Assembly: GCA_964586945.1 (NCBI GenBank)
Contig: CAZPJQ010000002.1
Span: 1 to 50,359 of the forward strand
Reading direction: 5' to 3'
Origin: an uncultured Candidatus Poseidoniales archaeon
GTDB taxonomy: Archaea > Thermoplasmatota > Poseidoniia > Poseidoniales > Thalassarchaeaceae
DNA: 50,359 nucleotides
The notes below the pieces were generated by a model. It was not told where the DNA came from, did not search any database, and saw only the letters and a list, made by a program, of their open reading frames with translations. This document shows, piece after piece, positions 26,373 through 35,957 of the stretch (the first letter of the stretch is position 1; the number at the start of each line of letters is the position of its first letter). A program made the translations under genes and the position numbers.

Positions 26373-29300
26373 ATGGAGGGTCCAGCACTCCACCGAGTTG
26401 AGGTCACCCCAAAGGCTCTGGCCGGGCTACAGGACACCCGAGGTGAGAGCGTCAAGAGACAACTGGCGGTCGACCATGGCATCCACCTCGAAAAGGTTCG
26501 CAGCATCACAGGTTACCATGTCAAGGCCGACCTCTCCGACAAACAGTTGGAACGGATGGTTTCCAACCTTTTCTGCGACCCAGTGATTGAGCACGGTTCA
26601 GTCAACCAGGCCATGTTGAATGACCCCTCCCTCTTCCCCAAGCCGCCAGATATGGTAATTCAAATCGGCTTCAAGCCGGGAGTCACCGACAATGCAGCAC
26701 AGGCAGGTTTGGATGGGCTGCGAACCCTCTTTCCCGAGCAGACGGAAAACGCCGAAGTGGCGACCACGATGACCTACATCTTCTACGGCGTTCCCGAGGG
26801 AGTAGACTGTGATTTCATCGCCGACCAACTTCACAATCAGATGATTGAAAGGGCCGCTCTTGCCGGTCGCCGCGGCTGTGCATCAGCCCAGTGGCCCGAA
26901 CTCATCTTCCCGGACCGGCCAGCCACGGTGTTCGAAGAGCCATCAACCATCGATTTGGAGGTTAGTGACGAGGAGTTGTTAGAGATTAGCGACAGCGGTG
27001 TCCTGGCTCTCAACTTGGTGGAGATGAAGGCTATTCAGGCACACTACCGCAACCCCGAAGTTCAACGAGTTCGGGAGGTAGAGGGGCTACCACCAAACGC
27101 CCCGACTGATGTTGAGTTGGAGTGTCTGGCACAGACTTGGAGCGAGCACTGCAAGCACAAGATTTTCGCCGCTAAAATCCACCATGTAGACACCGAGACT
27201 GGTGAGGATAGCGAAATCGACTCGCTCTTCAAAACCCACATCGTGAAGCCCACACTCGACATCGGCAACGAGGTCGACTGGCTGCTCAGCGTTTTCCACG
27301 ACAACTCCGGAGTCATCGAATGGAATGAGGACTGGAGCCTGTGCATCAAAGCGGAGACGCACAACTCACCAAGCGCCCTCGATCCCTTCGGCGGGGCGAT
27401 TACCGGCATCGTCGGCGTCAACCGCGACATTCTCGGAACAGGGCTAGGAGCCCGCCCAATCGCCAACACAGATGTCTTCTGTTTCGGCCCCCCCGACTAC
27501 GACGGCCACCTTCCAGAAGGCCTGTTCCACCCTTCCCGAGTATTTCGAGGGGTACACGCCGGGGTTCGCTCTGGTGGCAACGAATCTGGCATTCCGACAG
27601 TCAACGGGGCGATGGTGTTCGATGAGCGATACATAGGCAAACCGCTGGTCTACTGCGGCACGGTCGGGATAATGCCGCGCCGACTTCCCGACGGACGTGA
27701 GAGCCATGACAAGACTCCGAGTCCCGGAGATATCGTCTACATGGTTGGCGGCCGGGTGGGGAGCGATGGGATTCACGGTGCCACCTTCTCCAGTCAGGAG
27801 CTGACCGAGGAATCACCCTCTTCAGCGGTCCAAATCGGCGACCCAATCACTCAGAAGAAGATGATTGACATGATTCTACAGGCGCGCGATGACGGCATCA
27901 TCCAAGTCATCACGGACAATGGGGCGGGGGGCCTCTCAAGCAGTATCGGCGAGATGGCGGAACTGACCGGTGGGGCGCTTATCGATCTCTCAGTAGTCCC
28001 TCTCAAGCAGGTCGGTTTGTCAGCCTGGGAGATTCTCGTCTCCGAGTCGCAGGAACGGATGACTGTTGGGGTGAATCCAGCGGATTGTGCCGCATTCGAG
28101 GATCTGGCTGAGCTGCACGAAGTCGAAGCGACAGCGGTTGGGTCCTTCACCGACGATGGAATATTCCATGTCAAGTATGGTGAGCACACCGTTGCACACC
28201 TCCCTATAGGGTTCCTTCACGAGGGGGTTCCCCAACTACAACTTGAGAGCGAGTGGACTCCCCCCGTACACGACTCACCTAACTTTCCCGACTTCAACTC
28301 CGAGGAGATGGGTGAGTTGCTAAGTCAGTTGATGGCTCGGCCGAACATAGCGAGCAAGGAGTGGTGGGTTCGCTCCTACGACCACGAGGTCATCGCCCAG
28401 TCAGTCATCAAGCCGTTCTGCGGCGTCAACCACGACGCTCCCGGAGACGCCGCGGTCATCGCGCCCATTCATGGTGGCACCCAAGGGGCGGTCATCTCCT
28501 GTGGAATTACTCCCCGATACTCTGACATCGACACCTACGCAATGGCTGCGGCGAGCATCGACGAGGCGGTTCGAAACGCGGTCTGTGTAGGGGTAGACCT
28601 CGAGCGGATGGCTGGCTTGGACAACTTCTGTTGGCCCGATTCCGTCGAGTCCGAGAAGACCCCGGACGGCCGCTACAAGTTGGCCCAACTAGTTAGAGCC
28701 AATCGAGCAATCGACGATGTCTGCAGAGCCTACCAACTACCCTGCATTAGTGGCAAGGACTCGATGAAGAATGATGTCACACTCGATGGCAAGAAAATCA
28801 GCGTCCCCCCTACACTGCTCTACAGTCTTCTCGGAAATCATCATGATGTTCGCAAGGCCGTTTCAAGCGACTTCAAGCAGATTGGAGACATCATCTATCT
28901 GTTGGGTGAGACCCACCAGGAGTTGGGTGCGAGCGAACTCGCATTCATGTTGAGAGATGAGACTGGTGGCGGCATCGGCGGCCGAATACCACAGATTGAC
29001 ACATCGAGAAACTTAGGACTCTACAAAGCGCTAACCGCGGCAATGGAGGCCGAACTAGTCGCCTCAGCCCACGACTGCAGCGACGGCGGCCTCGCCACAG
29101 CCCTCGCCGAATCCTGCTTCGGCGCCGACGCCGGCTGTTCGGCCGACCTCACCCCAATCACCGTCGGCCGAGAAAATCTCGACAAGTGGGGGCTCCTGTT
29201 TGGTGAGAGTTTGGGTCGAATCATCGTCAGTGTCACCCCGGCAAACTCAATTGCGTTCGAGGAGGCTATGACCGGCCACTCATGCCATCGAATAGGCGAA

Positions 29301-29414
29301 GTGGAACTTGGAGATTCAATTACCTTCAGCAGTAGTGGGGGGGGTATTCTCTCCGCTAGCATGTCAGCACTCAGAGCCGCTTGGAAGGGTACCTTGGATG
29401 GAGGGAGTCCCTGA
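26373..29414 (+). CDS. purL: phosphoribosylformylglycinamidine synthase, synthetase subunit, with large-PurL-type (PurS-like) N-terminal domain and no glutaminase domain
   Basis: N-terminal ~200 aa has two PurS-like repeats (RVEVTPKALAGLQDTRGESVKRQL... and MVIQIGFKPGVTDNAAQAGLDGL...). Next comes the linker PTDVELECLAQTWSEHCKHKIF (compare E. coli lgPurL IELYMFAQANSEHCRHKIF), then the duplicated AIR-synthase-like core. I chose the ATG at 26373 (GGAGTGAGGG upstream); the track start at 26295 is TTG. Confidence 0.9.
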   Translation: MEGPALHRVEVTPKALAGLQDTRGESVKRQLAVDHGIHLEKVRSITGYHVKADLSDKQLERMVSNLFCDPVIEHGSVNQAMLNDPSLFPKPPDMVIQIGFKPGVTDNAAQAGLDGLRTLFPEQTENAEVATTMTYIFYGVPEGVDCDFIADQLHNQMIERAALAGRRGCASAQWPELIFPDRPATVFEEPSTIDLEVSDEELLEISDSGVLALNLVEMKAIQAHYRNPEVQRVREVEGLPPNAPTDVELECLAQTWSEHCKHKIFAAKIHHVDTETGEDSEIDSLFKTHIVKPTLDIGNEVDWLLSVFHDNSGVIEWNEDWSLCIKAETHNSPSALDPFGGAITGIVGVNRDILGTGLGARPIANTDVFCFGPPDYDGHLPEGLFHPSRVFRGVHAGVRSGGNESGIPTVNGAMVFDERYIGKPLVYCGTVGIMPRRLPDGRESHDKTPSPGDIVYMVGGRVGSDGIHGATFSSQELTEESPSSAVQIGDPITQKKMIDMILQARDDGIIQVITDNGAGGLSSSIGEMAELTGGALIDLSVVPLKQVGLSAWEILVSESQERMTVGVNPADCAAFEDLAELHEVEATAVGSFTDDGIFHVKYGEHTVAHLPIGFLHEGVPQLQLESEWTPPVHDSPNFPDFNSEEMGELLSQLMARPNIASKEWWVRSYDHEVIAQSVIKPFCGVNHDAPGDAAVIAPIHGGTQGAVISCGITPRYSDIDTYAMAAASIDEAVRNAVCVGVDLERMAGLDNFCWPDSVESEKTPDGRYKLAQLVRANRAIDDVCRAYQLPCISGKDSMKNDVTLDGKKISVPPTLLYSLLGNHHDVRKAVSSDFKQIGDIIYLLGETHQELGASELAFMLRDETGGGIGGRIPQIDTSRNLGLYKALTAAMEAELVASAHDCSDGGLATALAESCFGADAGCSADLTPITVGRENLDKWGLLFGESLGRIIVSVTPANSIAFEEAMTGHSCHRIGEVELGDSITFSSSGGGILSASMSALRAAWKGTLDGGSP

Positions 29415-30233
29415 ATGGTCGATGTACCACAAGTTGCCGTACTCACCGGCTTTGGAATCAACTGCGATCTGGAGACCATGGCGGTCTTCGACATGGCGGG
29501 GGCGAAGGCACACAGAGTCCACATCAACTCTCTCGTCAATGGCGTCGACAGCCTCGAAAACTACCACATCATGGCGGTCCCGGGCGGCTTCTCTTTTGGT
29601 GACCATTTGGGCAGTGGCAGGCTTTTGGGCAACCGTTTACGCTTTGGAATCCGAGAGCAGATGCGTAAGTTCGTAGAGGATGGAAAGCCGGTTATTGGGA
29701 TTTGCAACGGATTCCAGGTTCTCGTCAAAATGGGGTTGCTGCCAGGTGACGAAGGGGTCAGTCTCGAGCAGACAGCGTCACTCACTCTCAACGATTCAGG
29801 TCACTACGAAGATCGCTGGGTCACCCTAGAGTTCAGTGAGGGCAGTCCGTGCATTTGGACCAAGGGTGTGGAGAGAATGCGGACACCGGTGCGTCACGGA
29901 GAAGGCAAGTTCGTCGTCCCAGACAGCGAACTGATGGACACCTACGCCGAGGCCGGCCAACTCGTCTGCAGATATGTCGACCCCACCGACCAATTCCCGA
30001 GTGCTTCCGACGAACCGCTGGCTTACCCCCTCTGTCCCAATGCATCAATGAGAAATGTTGCAGGCGTCTGCGACCCCTCCGGATTGGTGTTCGGGCTGAT
30101 GCCTCACCCCGAGGCCAACCACTCGAAATGGTTGGGTGCGACTTGGACTCGCGAAGAAGTCCCCAAGGACTGGATAGGTGAGGGGATGGTGATCTTCCTC
30201 AATGGTGTCGAATACGCGAAAAACCATCTTTGA
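29415..30233 (+). CDS. purQ: phosphoribosylformylglycinamidine synthase, glutamine amidotransferase subunit
   Basis: VAVLTGFGINCDLE, the nucleophile context GICNGFQVL, and MPHPE. The ATG immediately follows the purL stop, with GGAGGGAG upstream. Confidence 0.9.
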   Translation: MVDVPQVAVLTGFGINCDLETMAVFDMAGAKAHRVHINSLVNGVDSLENYHIMAVPGGFSFGDHLGSGRLLGNRLRFGIREQMRKFVEDGKPVIGICNGFQVLVKMGLLPGDEGVSLEQTASLTLNDSGHYEDRWVTLEFSEGSPCIWTKGVERMRTPVRHGEGKFVVPDSELMDTYAEAGQLVCRYVDPTDQFPSASDEPLAYPLCPNASMRNVAGVCDPSGLVFGLMPHPEANHSKWLGATWTREEVPKDWIGEGMVIFLNGVEYAKNHL

Positions 30234-30267
30234 AAGTCAATTGGATAATTGATTATCCAATTGGTAT

Positions 30268-30954
30268 TCAATCATCATCCAAGAGGTCATCAAGACCCTC
30301 GACGAGGTCAACCCACTGCTTTCTCTCGGCTCGCTTCTCACCGACCTCCAAGTCGACGAGAACATCTCGTAGATCATCAGGAGCATCTTGCTGCGCGGCG
30401 TGTGCCGCGACCCGCGCAGACAGCTCGTGGTCTTCTCCAGACCTTTCGGAAATGTCGACCTTTTCGATTAGTTTACTTGGGACAGTCCTGACACCCGAGG
30501 CATCGACGATATCTGTGGGTAACTCTGCCGAGAGGCGCTCCAAGTCCTCTTCACTCGGCTCTTGGTCGCGCCACGGGCTTTGGTTGGCGATGTCCCTAAG
30601 TGGATTCACCTTGCGTTTGTCACGCGCCGCTTCAAATGCGGCCTTCACATCTTCCAAAGTAATCGTGCTTTGTTTGGATGCTGGACCTTGGAGCAGAGTC
30701 GAGTAGACCTCCATGTGTGGTCCGTGGCTCTCATGGTGTTCGTATGACCCCGGCTTCGCCAGCATGTGGAGGAGCTCTCTCGCCCATTGAGAGGCGAGTG
30801 ATTCCGGGGGTAGATTCCCCACCCGTTCACGCATTTCCTTGTGGAGGCCGATACAATCCTTACAACGCTGAGAACCAACATCATCCGGCGCATCACAGAG
30901 TAGGCAACAGGTCGCCAAACCCATGTCGAGCATGGCTCGACGCACACCGGACAT
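30268..30954 (-). CDS. hypothetical protein: N-terminal Cys4 zinc-ribbon-like motif, His-rich patch, strongly acidic C-terminus
   Basis: CCLLCDAPDDVGSQRCKDC, then YEHHESHGPH, then a C-terminus ending DLLDDD. No TM helix and no recognised family. Confidence 0.5.
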   Translation of the reverse strand: MSGVRRAMLDMGLATCCLLCDAPDDVGSQRCKDCIGLHKEMRERVGNLPPESLASQWARELLHMLAKPGSYEHHESHGPHMEVYSTLLQGPASKQSTITLEDVKAAFEAARDKRKVNPLRDIANQSPWRDQEPSEEDLERLSAELPTDIVDASGVRTVPSKLIEKVDISERSGEDHELSARVAAHAAQQDAPDDLRDVLVDLEVGEKRAERKQWVDLVEGLDDLLDDD

Positions 30955-31054
30955 CGAACCCCCCTAGACTCCCTCATTCATCAATCCTGCCGGCTGCTGA
31001 ACATCGCCTCGACCCCTGCGAACCCTCAAGGGGGTCGCACCACTGCACGGTGGT

Positions 31055-31906
31055 ATGACGCAGGGACGTCGGCCGATTCGACTTGAGAAGGACCCCTTCG
31101 ATAGGGTCGCCGAATCACCCCCACCACGCAAGCAGTCGGTGCGCGTCATCATCCAGCCTGGTCAGGGCAGCCCATTCGAGCCGTTTCTACGCGGCTTCTT
31201 TGATGTGAGTGGCCAACAGGTTGCCCAACACAAAGGCTCATTCTTCCACTTTTCAGAGCGTGAACTGAAGGATTTGGCGATGGCGACATTCGCCTTCAGC
31301 TTCGCAATATCAATAGTCTTGCATGGTGGCATCTTCGGAATGCTGAACTTGCCGATGGGGGTGTTGCTCGGCAGTCTAGTTCGGAGTACGGTATTCGCTC
31401 TTGCTGCCCTCGCGCCGGCCTTCATTCTCCACGAATTGGCGCACAAGTATGTCGCCCGCCATTTCGGTTGTTGGGCGGAGTTTCGGGCAGATCCCCGCGG
31501 ACTCAAGATAGGGATTCTCATCGCTCTCGCCATCGGTTTCGTTTTCATGGCCCCTGGAGCCGTAATGGTGGCTGGGAGGGTGTCAAGGAAGGAGAACGGA
31601 ATCATCGCCTTGGCAGGCCCCATTTCAAATATCATTCTGTTCGGATTCGGTCTACTCGCAGGTGGCTTCCTCATCTCCCTCACCACCACTTCTTGGGTCA
31701 CCGACCTCGTCCTCTTCTGGCTTTGGGGTAACGCCATCCTCGGCGCCTTCAACATGCTTCCATTCGGGCCGCTTGACGGCCGTAAAGTGAAGGACTGGTC
31801 AGAACCAATATTTTGGTCGTTTCTAACCTTGACAATCGGGTTAGTCTATCTCGCCTTCAGCGGCAAGGCAGAATTGCTGCTCGGGCAGGTCTCAAACTTT
31901 TTCTGA
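31055..31906 (+). CDS. M50 (site-2 protease family) membrane metalloprotease
   Basis: An HExxH motif inside a TM helix (FILHELAHKYVARHFG) and the second metal-ligand motif FNMLPFGPLDG. Multiple TM helices. Confidence 0.85.
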   Translation: MTQGRRPIRLEKDPFDRVAESPPPRKQSVRVIIQPGQGSPFEPFLRGFFDVSGQQVAQHKGSFFHFSERELKDLAMATFAFSFAISIVLHGGIFGMLNLPMGVLLGSLVRSTVFALAALAPAFILHELAHKYVARHFGCWAEFRADPRGLKIGILIALAIGFVFMAPGAVMVAGRVSRKENGIIALAGPISNIILFGFGLLAGGFLISLTTTSWVTDLVLFWLWGNAILGAFNMLPFGPLDGRKVKDWSEPIFWSFLTLTIGLVYLAFSGKAELLLGQVSNFF

Positions 31907-31909
31907 GGC

Positions 31910-33637
31910 TCACAGCAGAGCGTTCTCTATCGGTTCTTCATCGAGATGGAAGAATGAGTAGACGGCCCACCAGGTAATCAGGTCGAGGCTGTTAGCTAGA
32001 TTGGTCACCCCACTGTTTTCCTCTCCATATCCCTTCCCTTCGGTGGACATCCAATCCTCCATCTCCTCCAATGTATCACAGATTTGGTGGTAACACCAGT
32101 AGCCGTCGACGAGGCCACCGAAGCCGATGGTGACGGTGCCGAGGTTGTCTTGGAAGGCGGCGTGGTCCGAGCGAGCAGTCGTGTCTTCGTAGATGATGAT
32201 TTCAGAGCGATTGCCCTCCATCCAGGAGTCGTACTTCCAAGTGTCACCATCGTGCCCCGCCCCGGTGAGAGTCCCCATCTGCTCCTCTAACCCGAGTGCG
32301 TCTGACCCAATCCACTCAGAGAGGTGTACAATGCCGGGCTGGCTCAGATTTTCGTACGAGTCGGTCGGTCCGATGTAGACCCGCATCGGCCACACCTCGT
32401 CGTCCTTAGGGTAACCGTCCTCATCCGGCGCAGGATCCGGATCGCTGTGTGGAGCGCCACCCCCTCCCGGCCAGTTGACGCCCGCCATGTCGAGGTTGAT
32501 GTAGTTCGTAACGGTGACTTCGGGGTTGTCTTCCTTGACATAGAAATCTGTCCAGTAGTCACTGCCCCGCTTGCCACCCTCTTCACCTGACCAGAGGCAG
32601 AATACCATCGTTCTTCGTGACTTGAAGTTGGCCATCATCTCGGCGGTCTCTAGGACCATGCTCGTGCCGGCCGTGTTGTCGTACGCCCCCACTCGCGTGC
32701 CGTAGGTTCGCTCTCCAGTGATGTGCGGGTCGAGCAGCGGGATTGCGGCGTTGGCGGGTGGAGCGATGTCGAAGTGAGCCCCAAACACAAGCCACTCATC
32801 GGGGGTTTCCTCACCCCACCGATAGCCGCAGATGTTGAGCGCCTCAGGATTCTGCTTGTCGAAGAAGTCGGTGAACTCAAAGCGATGTTTGACGACTTCA
32901 AGACCGAACGACTCCAACTCCCCGAAGATATAGTCGCCTGCGTCCTCGTACGCCTCATTGCCCTGACCTGCCCAGCGATCCCAGTAACCCTGTCGACGGT
33001 CGATGTCGGTTAGGTCATAGGCCGGGTTGGTGATTTCGTGGAGTCGGTCGTAGACCGCCCTGCCATTGATGATTCCAGTAGCGTAGTCACCTCCTCCATC
33101 AGGTCCGAAGCCAGGTGCCGAAGGGCGCGTGATTGGGATGGTGAGGTACGCCACCTTACCACCATCATCAACAGAGTGGTTCACTCGGTCAAGGGTGCTG
33201 TTCTCAACAGAGACTCGTTCAATCGCGCTACCGCCCGGTGAATTAGGTCCACCCCGTTGCGCCCAACTACGCCACGACTCAGTTGAATCCCTGGTCGGCC
33301 AATTCTGTCTCCCATTTTCACCGATGAGGAGGAATGCCTCCGAGATTCGTGGCGGGGCCAATATCGAAATTTGGACCGATTCCCCATTCGACAAGTCGAT
33401 CACAGTCGAGTTCTGCACAAACCCATTGTACGGATTCATGAGAAGATAGGGAATGTAGACGGCCATGCTCGAGTCAGCGGTCAGTTTGACATTTTGGAAG
33501 ACTCCACCAGTGAGTGTCATCACCCCAACATCGAGGTCGTCGGCAGAGGGGGGTCCATCATCACCGGAGCTGAAGCAACCGGAGAGCATCGAGGCGCAGA
33601 AGAGCATCGTGAGAAGGAGTGCCTTGAGACGCATCAA
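31910..33637 (-). CDS. M28-family aminopeptidase-like zinc peptidase, probable lipoprotein
   Basis: Signal plus lipobox LFCASMLSGC. M28 metal-ligand contexts FGAHFDIAP, GAYDNTAGTSMVLETAEMM and FCLWSGEEGGKRGSDYW. Confidence 0.85.
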   Translation of the reverse strand: MMRLKALLLTMLFCASMLSGCFSSGDDGPPSADDLDVGVMTLTGGVFQNVKLTADSSMAVYIPYLLMNPYNGFVQNSTVIDLSNGESVQISILAPPRISEAFLLIGENGRQNWPTRDSTESWRSWAQRGGPNSPGGSAIERVSVENSTLDRVNHSVDDGGKVAYLTIPITRPSAPGFGPDGGGDYATGIINGRAVYDRLHEITNPAYDLTDIDRRQGYWDRWAGQGNEAYEDAGDYIFGELESFGLEVVKHRFEFTDFFDKQNPEALNICGYRWGEETPDEWLVFGAHFDIAPPANAAIPLLDPHITGERTYGTRVGAYDNTAGTSMVLETAEMMANFKSRRTMVFCLWSGEEGGKRGSDYWTDFYVKEDNPEVTVTNYINLDMAGVNWPGGGGAPHSDPDPAPDEDGYPKDDEVWPMRVYIGPTDSYENLSQPGIVHLSEWIGSDALGLEEQMGTLTGAGHDGDTWKYDSWMEGNRSEIIIYEDTTARSDHAAFQDNLGTVTIGFGGLVDGYWCYHQICDTLEEMEDWMSTEGKGYGEENSGVTNLANSLDLITWWAVYSFFHLDEEPIENALL

Positions 33638-33690
33638 CTAGGGGAGTGGAGAGGTGCTGTTGAACCCAACGGCTGACGGTTTACATCAAC

Positions 33691-34521
33691 TCAGGCGTAG
33701 AACAGACATAGACAGGTGAGTGAGCCATCCGCGGAGCGAATGTGCTCCATATCAACTTCAGTGAGTGAAAAACCATGCTCGATGAGAGCGGCAGAAGTCT
33801 GAGGATAGTCCGATGACACGATGACACGGTCGCCCTCAAACCCGATGGTGTTTGCACCATACGATTCCTCATGAGGCACCCAGATGATGTCCCCCCCGAG
33901 AGGCTCAAGTTGCTCCGGTGTGAAGAATCCCTCCGCTGCCAAAAGCACACCAGGCGCCGGGGACGAACAAACCGTCGATAGATGAAGTGTCGTCGAGGGC
34001 ACATCCACCACCGCAGAGGCAAACCCCCGCTCATCCATGACACCCTGAATGAACTCAACACCAGCATCGTTGGTACGGGTGGACTTGCCTATCATGAAGA
34101 GGTCATCATAGAACAGCACGTCTCCTCCGTCTAGATGCGCGTTTTCGGGCATGTGAATGACCTCCAAAGCGCCGTTCAAGGCGTTGCGGATCCCTTCCAC
34201 CTCACCTCTCCGGGATGGGTGACCAAGATTGCACATCACTACTGCGCCATCTACCACAACCGCCGCATCCTCGACAAAGCAACAATCTGGGTATTCGGAA
34301 AGACCCGGGAGAGTTCGGACCTCCAACCCATGGCTCTTGAGGGCGACGATGTACTCTTCATGAGCGATTCGAGAGGCGTCCAGATTGGTCGGCCCACTGC
34401 CGTAGTAATTGGCCAGAGCGTGTGTGAACCGAGGTGAAATTTCTCGGGTCAGCGCCTTTGACCGGCGCCTCTGGCTCCAATTTCCCATTGATTGGCCGCT
34501 CGGTAATGGGGTCATAAGCAT
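33691..34521 (-). CDS. dimethylarginine dimethylaminohydrolase / amidinotransferase-superfamily (guanidino-group modifying) enzyme
   Basis: N-terminus ALTREISPRFTHAL, CCFVEDAAVV, and the C-terminal nucleophile context SADGSLTCLCLF. The track start at 34608 is only 3 nt from the tRNA, so an internal Met is more likely (34521, 34515 or 34488); the exact start is uncertain. Confidence 0.78.
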   Translation of the reverse strand: MLMTPLPSGQSMGNWSQRRRSKALTREISPRFTHALANYYGSGPTNLDASRIAHEEYIVALKSHGLEVRTLPGLSEYPDCCFVEDAAVVVDGAVVMCNLGHPSRRGEVEGIRNALNGALEVIHMPENAHLDGGDVLFYDDLFMIGKSTRTNDAGVEFIQGVMDERGFASAVVDVPSTTLHLSTVCSSPAPGVLLAAEGFFTPEQLEPLGGDIIWVPHEESYGANTIGFEGDRVIVSSDYPQTSAALIEHGFSLTEVDMEHIRSADGSLTCLCLFYA

Positions 34522-34611
34522 TCGGAATCCGGCAAGGATGAAACCTTTCCCGGAAAGCGGTGAATAGTTATACCAAATTATCCGGCTTACGGAAATATCC
34601 GAAGTCAATGA

Positions 34612-34695
34612 TGCAGAGGGCAGGATTTGAACCTGCGAACCGCTAAGGACTGGGACCTCATCCCAGCGCCGTTGACCAAGCTTGGCAACCCCTGC
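34612..34695 (-). tRNA. tRNA-Leu, anticodon GAG (type II, long variable arm; CCA not encoded)
   Basis: Folded by hand from the reverse complement GCAGGGGTTGCCAAGCTTGGTCAACGGCGCTGGGATGAGGTCCCAGTCCTTAGCGGTTCGCAGGTTCAAATCCTGCCCTCTGCA. It has a 7-bp acceptor stem (one G-U), anticodon stem CTGGG/CCCAG with loop ATGAGGT, a 13-nt variable arm, and T arm GCAGG-TTCAAAT-CCTGC. Confidence 0.9.
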
Positions 34696-34830
34696 TCAAG
34701 TTTCGGGGAGTGCGAATCAGCCTTGAATGCAACGGAATTATCCGGTGGTTTATCGGGCCCAGTGGGCTTGCTCCCATCGTCCCCTGCTATCAAGTAGGGA
34801 TGACCCACCCGCCGCCACATCGGTGAGTGC

Positions 34831-35931
34831 ATGGGAGACGAAAAAGTACCCCTCGGTCGGATGTTCATCAACGACGAGATGCGTGCGGTCGCAGCAGAGG
34901 TGTTGGACTCCGGTCGATGGATTAAGGGTCCACACGGCAAAGCATTCGGCGCAGAATGGGCGGCCTACTGCGGTGCACTTTCTGGCACCCCCTGCTCGAA
35001 CGGTTCCGTTGCGTTAATCGCCGCCCTCAGGCTGCTTGAAGTCGGTTCGGGCGACGAGGTCATAGTCCCCTCACACACCTTCATTGCCAGTGCCACTTGC
35101 ATAGATCAAGTTGGCGCGTCGGCGGTGTTCGTCGATGTGGAGGAGGAGTTCCACACCCTCTGTCCCGAGCAGGTCGAGGCGGCAATCACCCCGGCCACCA
35201 AGGCGATCATCGCAGTCCACCTCTACGGCCAGCCGGTCAGCCCTAGGATATTCGAAATCGGCAAGACCCACGGCATCCCGGTCATCGAGGATAGTGCACA
35301 GGCGCATGGGGCAGAGTTGAACGGCAAGAGAATCGGCAGCATCGGCGAGTTGGCGACCTTCTCATTCTTCCCGAGCAAGAACATGGCGGTCGGTGGCGAC
35401 GGAGGAGCAATCCTCGCCAACACAGAGGAACTCGCACCGCGCATATCGATGGCCATCGACCACGGCCGTCAAGACAAGTATCGGCACGACTTCCTAGGCT
35501 CCAACTTTCGGCTCTCGGAAATTCAGTGCGCTCTCGGAAGGGTCCAACTCAAACACCTCGACTCATGGGTTGCCCGCCGAAACGAGATAGCCGCCCGCTA
35601 CAATACCGCTTTCGAAAACCTTGGATGGACTTCCACTCCCACCACCAGAGAAGGAGCACTGCACGGCTGGCATCAGTATGTTCTGCGCGTTGCAGACCGC
35701 GATGGATTTCAGGCGCACATGGACACCAACGGTGTATCCACTGGTGTCCACTATCCAATTCCTTGCCACCTTCAGCCGCTGTATGAGGGCCATCCACAGT
35801 CAGCAGCAGGATCCCTGCCCGTGACCGAAGCAATCTGTGACAGCGTGGTATCGATTCCAGTTCACCCCCACCTCACTGAAGATGAGGTCGAACGGGTCAT
35901 TGCAGCTGTCTCCTCGTATGCGCCGGCTTGA
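34831..35931 (+). CDS. DegT/DnrJ/EryC1/StrS-family PLP-dependent sugar aminotransferase
   Basis: N-terminus INDEMRAVAAEVLDSGRWIKGPHGKAFGAEWAAY, IPVIEDSAQAHGA, and the PLP-lysine context FSFFPSKNM. Confidence 0.9.
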   Translation: MGDEKVPLGRMFINDEMRAVAAEVLDSGRWIKGPHGKAFGAEWAAYCGALSGTPCSNGSVALIAALRLLEVGSGDEVIVPSHTFIASATCIDQVGASAVFVDVEEEFHTLCPEQVEAAITPATKAIIAVHLYGQPVSPRIFEIGKTHGIPVIEDSAQAHGAELNGKRIGSIGELATFSFFPSKNMAVGGDGGAILANTEELAPRISMAIDHGRQDKYRHDFLGSNFRLSEIQCALGRVQLKHLDSWVARRNEIAARYNTAFENLGWTSTPTTREGALHGWHQYVLRVADRDGFQAHMDTNGVSTGVHYPIPCHLQPLYEGHPQSAAGSLPVTEAICDSVVSIPVHPHLTEDEVERVIAAVSSYAPA

Positions 35932-35957
35932 AGTGCGAACGTCTCCAGCCCTCTCAC

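Noticed and set aside
34605-34940. 111-aa minus-strand ORF, and the 5' extension of the DDAH-like ORF up to 34608
   Set aside because: The 111-aa ORF runs straight through the tRNA-Leu gene (34612-34695). The DDAH-like extension would start 3 nt after the tRNA, so internal Met starts are more plausible.
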